The notes under the pieces are model-generated. The model ran no database searches. It saw only the letters and a list, made by a program, of their open reading frames with translations, and had not been told where the DNA came from. From the IMG/VR virus record IMGVR_UViG_3300017917_003016, positions 137,733 to 201,732 of that record: a stretch of DNA of 64,000 nt, one strand, 5' to 3'. Positions 19,407-32,100 of this stretch are shown in pieces. A program made the position numbers and the translations under genes. This DNA is from a virus. Taxonomy: Duplodnaviria; Caudoviricetes. Position 1 is the stretch's first letter, and each line of letters begins with the position of its first letter.

Positions 19407-19955
19407 GTGGCTAACTCATACTTCGTAGTCCATAATGGACTTACGGTAGGTCCTCTTAGCATCGATGCAACAACTGGTGACATTTCTACACCAGGCAATG
19501 TTAACTTATCCGGTAATATTGGTGTAAGTGCAATAAGATCAGGTGATTCAAGTGTTGCAGTCACAGATCTTGGAACTAACAGTGTTATTAATTTTAACGT
19601 TGATGGTAATACTGCTGCCAATATTACCACCGCCGGTGCATGGTTTGCTGGTAATGTCTATGCTGCATCTATAAACACCGTAGGAGGTGGCTCCGCTAAT
19701 ATTTCAGGAGTTAACGGTCTAAGTGCGGTCACTATAAGTGCCAGCGGGTTTATTAACTCTTCGGGCAACATACTTGGTCGAGGGGGTATATTTAATGGAT
19801 TAACGGTTAATGGTAACGAGTCTATTACTGGTTATTTAAATGTCACTGGTAATATTCTTGGCGCCACTGCAACATTTTCAGCATTGAACGTTGCTGGTGC
19901 AGCAGTGGCTTCAGTAGATGATGCCACAGCATTGGCAATTGCATTAGGCGGGTAA
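19407..19955 (+). CDS. Virion/tail-fibre-associated protein
   Basis: G/N/T/V-rich beta repeats; C-terminal DDATALAIALG. Confidence 0.65.
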   Translation: MANSYFVVHNGLTVGPLSIDATTGDISTPGNVNLSGNIGVSAIRSGDSSVAVTDLGTNSVINFNVDGNTAANITTAGAWFAGNVYAASINTVGGGSANISGVNGLSAVTISASGFINSSGNILGRGGIFNGLTVNGNESITGYLNVTGNILGATATFSALNVAGAAVASVDDATALAIALGG

Positions 19956-19968
19956 TTAGGAAAATATT

Positions 19969-20301
19969 ATGGCAAATACTTTTTATAGAAAAGTCAGCGC
20001 AAACGTAGGTACATCGGCAACCCCAGTAGGAGGATATACTGTTGGTGGTAGTACCACCACAATTGTAATAGGACTGACAATTTCAAATACCACAGGAGCC
20101 ACTGTGAATGCTAGTTTGTTTTTGAACAACGGCGCAAACAACTACTATATAGTTAAAAATGCTCCAATTTCTTCAGGTGCAACATTAGTTCCGATTGGCG
20201 GCGAACAAAAAATGGTCTTGCAAACCAACGACAACGTAAAGGTTGTAAGCGACTCGGCCAGTTCACTTGATGTGGTCATGAATATCATGGAGATAACATA
20301 A
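19969..20301 (+). CDS. Small virion structural protein
   Basis: MANTFYRK...IVIGLTISN...KMVLQTND.VKV.SD..SLDV, typical of myovirus tail regions. Confidence 0.65.
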   Translation: MANTFYRKVSANVGTSATPVGGYTVGGSTTTIVIGLTISNTTGATVNASLFLNNGANNYYIVKNAPISSGATLVPIGGEQKMVLQTNDNVKVVSDSASSLDVVMNIMEIT

Positions 20302-20302
20302 G

Positions 20303-21778
20303 ATGGCTTATGTTGGATTACGGCCGGTTACACAAACTCTAAGCACTGCCACACAATACTTTAATGGTAACGGTAGTACCTTAGAATTTACTCTACAGCA
20401 GGGAATTGGCAAAGCCTCAGACATAATTGTGGTAGTGGGCAACACCCTGCAGGTTCCCGGCACTGATTATACAGCATCCGGAACGGCACTGATTTTTAAT
20501 TCAGGTAAAGCACCAACTGCTGGCACAAATAACGTTGCTGTAACATTTATCAGCGGACAGTTGCAGACATTATATGTAACTGCCAATGCCTATCCAACAG
20601 GTAACACAGTATCACCGTCTATATACAGTGTAAGCAGTCCGGCTACTGGTATATACTGGCCAAGTGCTATTTCTTTGGCATTGACTGCATCCGGTAACAC
20701 GCGAGTTATTGTAAGTGATGCTGCTTCGGGGGTAGCAACCAGTACTGGAACAGGCGCCCTACGTGTCAGTGGTGGTGCTGGTGTTACAGGTGCGCTATAT
20801 GCGAACTCTTTGGTTATTGTAGGGGGTGCTCCCAGTACCAGTACAGCCTCCGGTGCTGTACAGGTCACCGGAGGCGTTGGTGTAACAGGAGCATTTTACC
20901 TAGGTGGGTCAATGACTATCTCCGGAGGACTAACTGTTGCTGGAGCATTCAATACCACCGCAACCAATAGTTTAACCATAAACACCCCCTTTATCTTCGT
21001 AGCCAATACCAACGTTGGTGATGCAATTGACCAGGGATTAGTTGGGACCTACAATGATGGCGTACAGAGATATACTGGTGTCGTGCGTACACAGTCAGAT
21101 GGTCGATGGAAGATTTTTGCTAATCTTACTAACCCGCCAACCACTCTGGTAGACACTGCCAATGTAAGTTATCGCTATGCTGACCTATGGGTAGGCAATG
21201 CTAATATAACCGCAACCACAGAGTCAACCACATCGTTAACTGGTGCATTGACTGTCAACGGCGGTCTTGGCGTTCGTAGCAGTATGTATGTAAACAGTAA
21301 CAATAATGGTATAGCAATTGGTAACGGCGGAACCAGCGGGGTTGGCAACATCGGTGCGTCTGGCTCAGCATTTGGCACGGTCTTTGCCGTATCAACTTCG
21401 GCGCAATATGCTGACCTTGCAGAAAAATATCGTGCAGACGCAGATTACGAACCGGGAACAGTTCTAATGTTTGGTGGCACTGCAGAAGTAACTCTGGCAG
21501 AAAACGAAACAGCAAGAGTAGCCGGAATAGTGTCTACTAAACCTGCATATTCAATGAATGATCAATTGACCGGAGGACACATTGTAGAATTAGCATTGCA
21601 AGGGCGTGTCCCCTGCAAGATTTTAGGTACAGTTCGCAAGGGCGACATGATGACTGCGGCCGATAATGGACGAGCGCATGCTAATCCTAATCCAGTTATG
21701 GGCAGCGTAATTGGCAAGGCTCTGGAAGATCACGATGGACCCGAGGGCATAATTGAAGTTGTAGTTGGAAGATTATAG
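20303..21778 (+). CDS. Tail-fibre protein with C-terminal Peptidase_G2/IMC-like domain
   Basis: FNGNGSTLEFTL; C-terminal AQYADLAEKY...GTVL.FGG...ALQGRVP...IGKALE...IEVVVGR. Confidence 0.75.
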   Translation: MAYVGLRPVTQTLSTATQYFNGNGSTLEFTLQQGIGKASDIIVVVGNTLQVPGTDYTASGTALIFNSGKAPTAGTNNVAVTFISGQLQTLYVTANAYPTGNTVSPSIYSVSSPATGIYWPSAISLALTASGNTRVIVSDAASGVATSTGTGALRVSGGAGVTGALYANSLVIVGGAPSTSTASGAVQVTGGVGVTGAFYLGGSMTISGGLTVAGAFNTTATNSLTINTPFIFVANTNVGDAIDQGLVGTYNDGVQRYTGVVRTQSDGRWKIFANLTNPPTTLVDTANVSYRYADLWVGNANITATTESTTSLTGALTVNGGLGVRSSMYVNSNNNGIAIGNGGTSGVGNIGASGSAFGTVFAVSTSAQYADLAEKYRADADYEPGTVLMFGGTAEVTLAENETARVAGIVSTKPAYSMNDQLTGGHIVELALQGRVPCKILGTVRKGDMMTAADNGRAHANPNPVMGSVIGKALEDHDGPEGIIEVVVGRL

Positions 21779-21786
21779 GAGTTCAT

Positions 21787-22191
21787 ATGGCATACTTAGG
21801 TCAACCCCCGCAGGTAGGAAACTTTGTAAAATTAGATGATATCAGTACCCAGTTTAATGGTGTCCTTTCTACTTTCAATACCACAGTCAGTGGGACAGCA
21901 TATACGGTAAGTAATCCATATGCAACTATTTGCGTTTTGGGAGGATTAGTAAAAAATCCTGGAATTGACTATAACTTTAATGGAACAACTGTGGTTTTTT
22001 CGCAGGCACCTAGTGCTAGTTTTTTAGGTAATAGTTGGATTATGGTATTTGGAGATGTGCTGACTACAGGAACTCCCAGTGATGGTACTATTACCAACAG
22101 TAAACTAGCACAGGGAACAGTACAATACGACAGACTAGCAGCAACTACCAAGGCAACATTGCTAGCAAATTCTTTACTATTTGGGGCATAA
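21787..22191 (+). CDS. Tail/baseplate accessory protein
   Basis: MAYLGQPP..GNF..LDDIS..FNG...F motif; C-terminal ANSLLFG. Confidence 0.65.
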   Translation: MAYLGQPPQVGNFVKLDDISTQFNGVLSTFNTTVSGTAYTVSNPYATICVLGGLVKNPGIDYNFNGTTVVFSQAPSASFLGNSWIMVFGDVLTTGTPSDGTITNSKLAQGTVQYDRLAATTKATLLANSLLFGA

Positions 22192-22194
22192 AAG

Positions 22195-25100
22195 ATGGCA
22201 AGACAACAACTTAAAAATTATGTTTTTACTCCGGGCGGTGCAGGTGTTGGCACAGTTAAAGTACCGGGAAACTATAGCAGTGCTCAAATTATTGCAATCT
22301 TAAATGCTACCAAACAGCAATTTATCTATAATTTCGCAGACAGTACATTGCTAGGTACAATATCCTGGAACAGTCAACCTGATGCAAACTTTCCACAGAG
22401 TATCGATGGCATAACCACCATTACCTTGTCAACTAGTACATCAACTATGAGTTCTAGTGATAAGTTAGCCATTTATATTGAACAACCTTATCAGGCACTG
22501 CGCCCATTTGCCACAGATGCTGTTGAAAGACTGCGAGTCGCTAACCCAACATCTTTAATTGATGCTGACTTTGAATATGGTTTGCAGCAGACCAAATGGC
22601 AATCATTGTTTGTCAATAATGATAATCCAAGTATTTTTGAAATCCCGGGATCAGACTCATATGCTAATACTGTGTCATATGTTGGATTTTTAGGTAATAG
22701 TTTAAACACAACTTCAAACGTTATTATTCTATCAAATGGTGGCTCAGTAGGCAACAATCAACCCAATTGGACCCAAAACGACTATGCATTAGTGTGGAAC
22801 ACTGATCCAGTGGGAAGACCCCCAACAGTAACCTATCTAACTGCAAATGTCCCTTCATTAAATCAGCGTGCACTAACTGTAACCAACAGTTCTGGATTCA
22901 ACGTAGGAGATGCGATTACTATAATATACCAAGGTAATATACAGGCAGGTGCGACTGTTACCACCACAACTGCTAACCTCACTGCAGGACAAACTACACT
23001 AGGCATTTCTGGTACTAATGCTATTGTAAACGGTAGCATGATCATGGTTACTACAGGCAACACAGCGGCTGCTCCTGTGGCAGGCTACTGGACCGAACTC
23101 ATGACCGTGGCCAGCGGTGGCGGATCGGGAACACTTACAGTCATAAGAAATCGCTGCGGCACTAACCGCACTAATGTATCAATAGTTTCTGGTGCCAGAG
23201 TAACCTTGATCGGACAAGTTGAAATCGCAAATATTACCAGTGTTGATAGTTCAACTCAGATCACTGTAAACCGTGGATATATGAACTCTGTCCCACAAGA
23301 TGACATGCCTGTTGGCACAGTGGTGTTAGAAAATCACTTTGATCTTGGCGGTACCTCAGGCGGAAATCTAGAAATTGTAAGAATGACCAAGATTGGCACT
23401 GCTGCAGGCAATATTGCTGACGTTGGTCGAGCACAACTTGGTACTAGTACCATAAGTTCAATTGTTGGTGCTGGATCAGTTATTTTAAGATTGAGCGGAA
23501 TATTTGTAGCAGGCGATGCTAATTTGCCACTGGCAGTGATTAATCTGCCAAATCATAGTTTTGTTGCAAACAGCGCATTGTCAACTACCAATCACACTAA
23601 TCCAAACAGTGAAGGCCAAGCACAGGTTGGTTTCCCTGTTGATACTAATTACATCAGATACTATCCTCGTAGAGCCAGTGGCTTGCATATTGGTTATCCA
23701 CTGAATCGTTGGGATACTTATGTGCGTTATGCAGGTTTTTATGGTACTGCATCTTTACCTCCGGTAGTATTGTCCACTAACGGTGCTAACCCTAGTACAA
23801 TTACTGCTACCTCGGCTTATGCACATGGATTAACTCCAGGAACTCCAATTCTTGCTAACATTGCCAGTGCAGGTTCAAACGGCCAATATGCCACAGGATC
23901 GTTTACAATTTTAAGCATTCCAACTCCAACGTCATTTACCTACCAAGCACGATCAGGCGCCGCAGTCACTGGCAGTGTGGTCGGAACAATTTATGTAAGA
24001 CCCAGTGCATTCTTCGTACACCGTGCTGCAGATGGCGGCGTACTACTTGGCACCGGAACACCTCATACTGGTGCTTCGGCAAGTAGACAGAGTAAAAAAT
24101 ATTTCCGTTATCAATCTGGTAAAGGCATAATGTGGACTTCAGGTACTCTGCTTGGCGCCAACTATGACATAGTCAGCGTCAGTTCCACTGGAACAGGCGT
24201 GGGTAACACTATCACTATCACAACAGATCTACAACACCAATTGCAAATTGGTGCAAATGTTTTAGTCAGTGGTATTACTACCAGCGGATATAATGGTTAT
24301 TATATAGTAAGTGCAGTCACCGGTGACTATACATTCCAGGTGAATGCGCAGTCAACTCTAGGCAACACTGGCACAATCACTGGAAGTATTCAATATACTG
24401 ATTCGGCTCCAGGACCCAAAATTGCTGTAGCCAATTGGGTTGGCGCATCGGTTAGAGCCGGTATGATGGACGACCAAAACGGTGTTTATTGGGAAAATAC
24501 CGGTGTTACTATTAACGTGGTGCAACGTAGTTCAACTCAGCAAACATCGGGATATGTAAGTGTTGAAGTTGCTACAAACCTATGTACTGGCGACGGTACC
24601 TGCAGATTTACCCAGGAATATCGCGCTGGTGATAAGATTGTTCTTCGTGGTATGGTGCACACTGTGACTTCGGTTATTGATGACAACGCTCTGACTATTT
24701 CTCCAGTTTGGCGCGGTCTTACCAATCAAACACGCATTAAGCCGCAGAAACGTGTTGAACGTAGAGTTCCACAACGACAGTGGAATATTGATCCCCTAGA
24801 CGGTACCGGGCCATCTGGATATCTATTAGATGCCACACGCATGCAGATGTTAATGATTCAATATACTTGGTATGGTGCAGGCTTTGTGGATTTTGGTGTG
24901 CGCGGACCTCTGGGTAATTATATTTTCTGTCACAGATTTATGAACAATAACCTAAACTATGAAGCATACATGCGTTCAGGTAACCTTCCGGCTAGATATC
25001 AAGCAGTAAATGACTCTCCTTACCTAGTATTACGTGCACCAATGGATGCAAGTCAGACTACATTTGATGTCTACGATGTTACGCAATTCCCTGTGCCAAG

Positions 25101-26055
25101 CAGTACTAGTCCCGTGTTTGTGTTAGTTGAAAATGAAATTATGAAGGTCACAGGACTAACTGCCAATGTGGCTAATGCTGGTGTACAGACAGGAACTCTA
25201 ACCGGTGTAACTCGTGCTGCTACATACAGTCTATGGCAAGATGGTAGTAGCAAGTCATTCTCAGCAGGATCGGCCAATGTTCACCCTGCTAATGTTTCGG
25301 CACGTATTATTTCAGCAACATCAGCACCTACCCTAAATCACTGGGGTTCTGCTGTGATACTAGACGGTGGATTTGATACTGACCGAGGATATGCCTATAC
25401 GTACTCATTAGCAAATATTAGATTCCCAACTGGAACCAGCATAAATGACACTACCATCACAGCGTTTGCCATTAGACTAGCACCTTCTGTAAGTAACCAG
25501 ATTCCTGGCGATCTAGGATCGCGAGATTTAGTTAATCGAGCCCAGGTGATTCTAAACAACATGCTGGTAAACTTCTCAGGAGCCAACGTGGCCACAACCA
25601 CAGGTGCACGCTATCTAATCGAAGGTATTCTAAATCCCAATAATGTTAGTACAACCACTACCACTTGGAATTACCTGTACAATCAACCTTATGATGCAAG
25701 AAACAACCCAAGTGCAAGTATTCAACCAAGTTATACGCAGGTTGCATTTGGCAACATCAATGGGGTTGCAAACTACAATGGTCAAATTGGCTTTTCAACC
25801 TATAGTTTTGCCAGCGGTGGCATAAGTTATGCTCGTGGGGGAGAACGCTTGTTTGCTATACCGGTTAACTATACTAACTCAGGTCAACTTGATTTATCTA
25901 TGGTTAAACAGTTGGGCAACTCAGGTATACCTGGCTATAACATTTATCCAGACGGGCCAGAACTGTTATGTATTAATATCACGGCACTGGTACCTACTTC
26001 CGGCGTGAATGCCACAGGTGAAATTCAATTACAGTGGAATGAATCACAGGCCTAA
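22195..26055 (+). CDS. Large virion structural protein (1286 aa)
   Basis: LRVANPTSLIDADFEYGLQQTKW, RQSKKYFRYQSGKG, WYGAG motifs recalled from large myovirus structural proteins. Confidence 0.75.
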   Translation: MARQQLKNYVFTPGGAGVGTVKVPGNYSSAQIIAILNATKQQFIYNFADSTLLGTISWNSQPDANFPQSIDGITTITLSTSTSTMSSSDKLAIYIEQPYQALRPFATDAVERLRVANPTSLIDADFEYGLQQTKWQSLFVNNDNPSIFEIPGSDSYANTVSYVGFLGNSLNTTSNVIILSNGGSVGNNQPNWTQNDYALVWNTDPVGRPPTVTYLTANVPSLNQRALTVTNSSGFNVGDAITIIYQGNIQAGATVTTTTANLTAGQTTLGISGTNAIVNGSMIMVTTGNTAAAPVAGYWTELMTVASGGGSGTLTVIRNRCGTNRTNVSIVSGARVTLIGQVEIANITSVDSSTQITVNRGYMNSVPQDDMPVGTVVLENHFDLGGTSGGNLEIVRMTKIGTAAGNIADVGRAQLGTSTISSIVGAGSVILRLSGIFVAGDANLPLAVINLPNHSFVANSALSTTNHTNPNSEGQAQVGFPVDTNYIRYYPRRASGLHIGYPLNRWDTYVRYAGFYGTASLPPVVLSTNGANPSTITATSAYAHGLTPGTPILANIASAGSNGQYATGSFTILSIPTPTSFTYQARSGAAVTGSVVGTIYVRPSAFFVHRAADGGVLLGTGTPHTGASASRQSKKYFRYQSGKGIMWTSGTLLGANYDIVSVSSTGTGVGNTITITTDLQHQLQIGANVLVSGITTSGYNGYYIVSAVTGDYTFQVNAQSTLGNTGTITGSIQYTDSAPGPKIAVANWVGASVRAGMMDDQNGVYWENTGVTINVVQRSSTQQTSGYVSVEVATNLCTGDGTCRFTQEYRAGDKIVLRGMVHTVTSVIDDNALTISPVWRGLTNQTRIKPQKRVERRVPQRQWNIDPLDGTGPSGYLLDATRMQMLMIQYTWYGAGFVDFGVRGPLGNYIFCHRFMNNNLNYEAYMRSGNLPARYQAVNDSPYLVLRAPMDASQTTFDVYDVTQFPVPSSTSPVFVLVENEIMKVTGLTANVANAGVQTGTLTGVTRAATYSLWQDGSSKSFSAGSANVHPANVSARIISATSAPTLNHWGSAVILDGGFDTDRGYAYTYSLANIRFPTGTSINDTTITAFAIRLAPSVSNQIPGDLGSRDLVNRAQVILNNMLVNFSGANVATTTGARYLIEGILNPNNVSTTTTTWNYLYNQPYDARNNPSASIQPSYTQVAFGNINGVANYNGQIGFSTYSFASGGISYARGGERLFAIPVNYTNSGQLDLSMVKQLGNSGIPGYNIYPDGPELLCINITALVPTSGVNATGEIQLQWNESQA

Positions 26056-26075
26056 TCGGCTTTAGTTGGTCATGA

Positions 26076-26103
26076 CAAAACAGGAGCCCAGGCTCCTGTT
26101 TTG
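26076..26103. terminator. Intrinsic terminator
   Basis: CAAAACAGGAGCC-CA-GGCTCCTGTTTTG. Confidence 0.85.
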
Positions 26104-26105
26104 TT

Positions 26106-26113
26106 GATAAATA
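26106..26113 (+). promoter_or_regulatory. Late promoter GATAAATA
   Basis: After terminator, before 26136. Confidence 0.7.
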
Positions 26114-26135
26114 TAAGAACTTACCAGAGATATCA

Positions 26136-29100
26136 ATGGCATCACTAACTAAAGTTAAAATAACCAACATCGATACTAGTATAGTATACGTAGCAGATCC
26201 CCTAGTATCACTGAACTACGGTTCAACCTTGGCCAACACTGACATAGGTTTTGTCTTCAATCGAGACGGCGGCATTTCTTCTAATGTGGCTTTATTTTGG
26301 AACGAAACTACAGATCGACTTACCGTTGCCTATACAACCAGTGCAGGATCTATCAATAGTAATATATCCATTGCCAAATATGCAAACATTGCTGCAGATT
26401 GGTATTTTGGAAATCTGGCCGGAGGTACCAATGGTAATACCTATGTCATAGGCAACATTCTACCCACCGCCAACGGACTTTATAATTTTGGCAGTCCTAC
26501 AGCACGTTGGAACATTGGATATTTTGCTGCTAGTACTATAGATCTTGGCGGAAGCCAGATATCTGTTGATCCTGTAAACGGTTTTAAATTTTCAGTTGGA
26601 GGAACAGGTACTCCAACATTTTTAGCATCCAACGGTTTGGTATCGGGTTCTAGTTTAACAACGTCTGGTACATTAAATGTAGGAACCACAGCCGCAGTGG
26701 GCAGTAATTTAACTGTTGGTGGTTATATAAATTCCCTAGGTAATATTATTGCTGCTGCAGGAACTTTTAATAACTTAGTTATAAACTTGGGTAATATTAT
26801 TGCTCAGGGAGGCTATTTCATAGGTAACGGTAGCCAACTGACCGGTATACCCGCTGGATACAGTAATGTACAAACTGCTGCTTATCTGAACACACAGGGG
26901 TATAACTTATATTCAAATGTCAACGTTGCTGCTTATCTGAACACACAGGGGTATAACCTCTATTCAAATGTCAATGTTGCTGTTTATTTAACTAATAATG
27001 GGTATATCAATACCAACAGTGCTTATAGCAATGCTAACGTAGTCAGTTATCTAACAACAAATAATTATACAACACAACTTTACGTAGATTCTGCGAATAC
27101 TTCTTTAAAGAACTACGTAGATGGTCAAATTACAGCAGCCAATGCAGGTGTAACTGCTGCTAATATAGGAATTCAAGGGTTCATCAATTTAGGAAATGTT
27201 AATCTAAGAAACTACGTAGATGGTCAAATTACAGCAGCCAACGCGGGTGTAGTTGCTGCCAACGTTGGAATGAAAGGGTATGTTGATAGTCAAGTTTCTG
27301 CCGCTAATATTGCTTGGCAGGCCAATGCCTATCAGCAACAGGCCTTAATAGGCAATATTCAGTCTAGTTCTTACAGCAACGTTAATGTCAATGCGTATCT
27401 AACAACCAACGGATATATTAATACCAACAGTGCTTATGGCAATGGTAATGTTGCTAGTTATTTGCCTACATACACCGGTAATCTTAGTGCCGGTAATCTT
27501 ACTGTAAATGGATCAATTACCATCAGTGGTAGTGATGGTAATATCAGTGGTGTTAATAACCTAACTGCGTCCGGTTATATTAATACCTCAGGTAATATAC
27601 TAGCAAAAAACATCGTTGGTTCTTTGGTGACTGCTAGTCAGGCCAATATCACCACAGTGGGCAATCTCACTGGCCTCAGTGTTGCAGGAACTACCACAGT
27701 CTACGGAACTGCGCAGTTTGCCTCAGCCATACGCGACAATGTTGGCAGTCTGGGTTCAACCGGTAGATTCCTCATGAGCAGTAGCACAGGTGCACTGTGG
27801 ACTATACCCTATGGCCTAGGCAACTTTGCCAGTAATGTTCTAGTAGACCAATTGTCTGTGAATGTTGCAGTGGCTGGTTCTAACGTGATTTTTGTAAGTC
27901 AATTTGGATTGACCACTCAAGGTTGGATCAATGCTACCGGTAATGTAATGGCCGGAGATGCCACAGTATTCAAAGCCAATATCAACAGTACTCAGAATTC
28001 CACTGAATTTAACAACGGTGCATTGGTTGTGGCTGGTGGTGTGGGTATTGCTAAAGATGTTTACATACAAGGTAATTTGTACGTGGCAAATGTCATTGCC
28101 ACCGCATCAAACGTACTGACCATAACCAGCCCCTTGCTGTATCTTGTCAGTAATGCCTATCCCTACAACTATGACATAGGCTTTTATGGCCACTTTGTAG
28201 GCGGCGTAGGAAATATATATCAACACAGTGGATTCGTTAGAAATTATCTAGACGGCACATGGCGATTATTTAGCAACGTCATAACTGAACCAAGCGAAGG
28301 TATAGTTACATTTGACAGTGGCATTCTATATGATCCAATTTGGACCGGAGGTATGGATTCCTACGGCAATATTAACCTTAAGAACAACAGTTTACTAAAC
28401 ATCAACAATCCACCAGGCACCTACTCAAATAGCCCAATCAATGCCAGTTGGAATGCCAATGGTTATGTTCAAATAAACATACAAAATATTAATTCTGTAG
28501 GCAACCTAGTCAGTGCTGACTTTATTGCCACTGCCCCAGATGGCAATGACGGTAGTAAATTCATTGATCTGGGCATCAACGGCAACAATTGGAGCAGCGG
28601 TTCATGGACAGTTAGCGGGGCCAACGATGGTTATCTATATATAAATCAGGGCAATCTGACCATAGGTACGGAAACTCCTGGCAAGGTGCCCAAAATTCAC
28701 GTTGGCGGTCTGCTGTCCCAAAATATTACCACAACCTTTGATATCAGCACCACTTACTTTACCACACAACTTAACATCAACAGTCAGAATTTATCTGCAG
28801 CAGTGGTCAATGGTGGAACCAGCGGTATTGGCAACATTGGTGCTGCCAGTGGAAGATTTGGCACAGTATTTGGCAGTGATTTGAATGTCACTGGAAATGT
28901 CTTGTCCGCTGGCGGTACTTTTAACAACATAGTGGTCAATTCAGGTAACATCAACGCCGTCGGTGGATATTTCATAGGCAATGGTGCTTTCTTAACTGGT
29001 ATAGTAACCGGTGGCGGCAGCAGTTACTCAAATGTACAGGTAGCCACATATCTACCAACATACTCAGGTAACATCGCTAATATTGTATTGTCTCCCGCGG

Positions 29101-32100
29101 GAACTTTAATAGCCAACGTACCGAGCCAAAGAATAATGATCAGTGGTGCAAACATAAGCATCACCGGTGATGATGGTAATCTGCAGTATACACACATTCC
29201 TAGTGGTATTACCTGGAACAAATATGACACTAGTCCAAGTTATACTGGCTATTACAGGCCCGACAGTATAGGTTTATATCGAGGCGACTATAGTTCACTG
29301 ATGGACATAGCGCCAGAAAACATTAAGATTAGCAGTTTAGGAAGCACAAAATTTGAAGCCAATGCTACAACTATATACACTGTTGGTAATGTCCGAGCCG
29401 GTAATATGTTCTTGTCCGCTAGCGGCAGCATTACCTTTGCTGATGGCACAGTACAGACTACGGCTGCTAGTTATTCAAATGTACAGGTGGCTACATACCT
29501 GCCCACATATACCGGCACAGTTGGAGCCAGTTTAGTTAATTCAACCGGTAACATACTTGGCGCCGGCCTATCAGTGTTTGGAAATGTCAGAATGGGCATT
29601 GCTGGTGCTGTTAGTGGTCAATTTCACTCATTTGTTGGTAACGTAACTCAAACATCATCGGGTGGTGCTGTCTACATTAATACCACCGGTAATATCATTG
29701 CGGCCAATATTACTGCGGCCAACATCACCACAACCGGTAACGTATTATTTGGCAATGTCGTCACTGGTAATATAATCGCTGGAAATCTGTTGGTTGGTAA
29801 TATTGTCAGCACTGCCAACATAAATGCCATAGGTCACTTAAGAGTCTACAGTGGCCAACAGGCTTTTGGTGGGTCGGGTAATATACAACTAATTAGTTCA
29901 TCCGGTACTCCATGGCTAAATCTAGGGATTACCCCAGGTCCTAGCAATGCCATAATAGAAATGCAAGTTGCAACAGCAACCTCACCTGCCCTACGTTTTA
30001 GTGCATCATCAGCCGGTGGATCAAACATCACTTTGTACAGTACAGGAACTGTTGCTGGTGCCTATACCTATACAAATATCATAGATTCAGGAAGTGGTGC
30101 AGATATATTATTAGCCACAAGAAACCTAGTGATTTCAGGCAGCGGCGCATCAGCATCAGTAACGGTTAATATAAACGGCAGCATCACTGCTAACTCTTTA
30201 ACGGCGAGCGGTAATACTTCGCATGGTACAGTGGGTGCGATCAGTGGTCAATTCCACTCATTTGTTGGTAACGTAACTCAGGTTACATCGGGTGGTGCGG
30301 TTTACTTCAATACCACCGGTAACCTATTAGTTGGTGGTAATGTAGCACTATTTGGCAACACCAGATTTGGCACAGCGGGTATTGTGTCGGGTGCATATCA
30401 CAACTTCGTTGGTAACATTAACCAATACACATCGGGAGGTGCAGTTTATTTCAACACCACCGGTAACTTGCTAGTCGGTGGTATTGCACAAATTTCCAAC
30501 ATTAGATTAGGGGCCAGCGGTAATATTCAATTCGCTGACGGCACCGTACAGACCACTGCGGCTACTGGGGCTGTTAGTACAATTTATGCAAATGTGGGTG
30601 TAATACTTGGCAACCCAACTAGCAGTAATCTTGCAGTTGGAACCAATGCAGGATCAACCAATCAAGGCGCTAATGCTATATCAATAGGATTTAACGCCGG
30701 TAGTCAAAATCAAGGCGTTCAAGGCATAGCGATCGGCGCAACGGCAGGTAACGCATTTCAGGGCACTGTCGCAGTGGCCATTGGTGTTGGAGCAGGTCAG
30801 ATAAATCAAGCAAGTGGCGCTACCGCAATTGGTTATCAAGCGGGGCAAAATGGACAAAGAGGTTTGAGCGTTGCCATTGGTTATCAAACAGGACAAAATG
30901 ATCAGCAAGGTACAGCAACAGCAGTTGGTATGTGGGCAGGACAGAATAGCCAAGGAAACAACACTGTGGCTATGGGTTATAATGCTGCAGTTTACTCTCA
31001 AGGAGACCAAGGCATAGCCTTGGGATATTATGCTGGTTGGTCTAGCCAAGGACCGAGTTCAATAGCCATTGGCGAAAGCGCCGGGCAAACTTCTCAGGGA
31101 ACTGCTGCTGTTGCCATTGGTAGACTTTCAGGCACAGATAATCAAGGGCCTTATACTGTTGCCATTGGTTATCAAGCAGGATATCAATCTCAAAGCGCAA
31201 ACAGTGTGGTGATCGGAACCAACGCAGGTTACTTGAATACACCCGCCAATACCATTGTAATATCAGGCGATGGTAGTAACCTAAGTCCCGCAAGTTGGGG
31301 TACTTTCCTTAACCCGATTAAACCAGACACATCACCCAGTAACATACTTTATTACAACACCACTACCAAAGAAGTGACCTATGGTGCTGCTGCTGCAGGC
31401 AGTTATTCAAATGTACAGGTAGCCACATACTTGCCAACTTACACCGGCACAGTTAGTGCTAGCCTAGTTAACTCAACTGGTAACGTCCTGGCTGCTGGCC
31501 TATCAGTGTTTGGTAATGCTAGAATAGGTATTGCCGGAGCGGTTAGTGGACAGTTCCACTCAGTTGTAGGTAACATAACCCAGACATCATCAGGTGGTGC
31601 TGTGTACATCAACACCACTGGTAATATACTAGCCAACGTTGGTACATTTTCTAGTCTAAATGTCAACGGTAGCATTACTGCCAGTAACCAAATTAGCATT
31701 ACTAGCCTTACTGGTTTGGGAATAGGCATAGGGGCCAGTGCCCCTTCTACCGGGTTAAGTCTTCAAGCGGGATCTGGAAGTATACTTTTGGGCACCTCGG
31801 GCGCAATAACAAACGTGCAAATAGGAGCGGGTTCAACAACTTCAATTGGTATTGGAACTAGTCCGCCAACAGGTGGTATACAAATAGGATCAGGTGCATC
31901 AACTTCTATTGGTATTGGGGCAACTGCACCAGGATCAGGTATACAAGTAGGATCAGGCTCTGGTTGTATAGTTGTAACCGGTAGCACAGTAACATTGGGA
32001 CAAGCCGGAGCATCGGTTGCAATTGGTACAAGTTTGCCCGGTGGCGGTGGCATTGCAATAGGCGGCAGTGGTACAAGTATAGGCATTGGAATAGCACCAA

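Noticed and set aside
26877-27241. CRISPR-like direct repeats
   Set aside because: Only two copies each, in frame (51- and 99-nt periods) inside a fibre gene; no spacer series and no cas genes.
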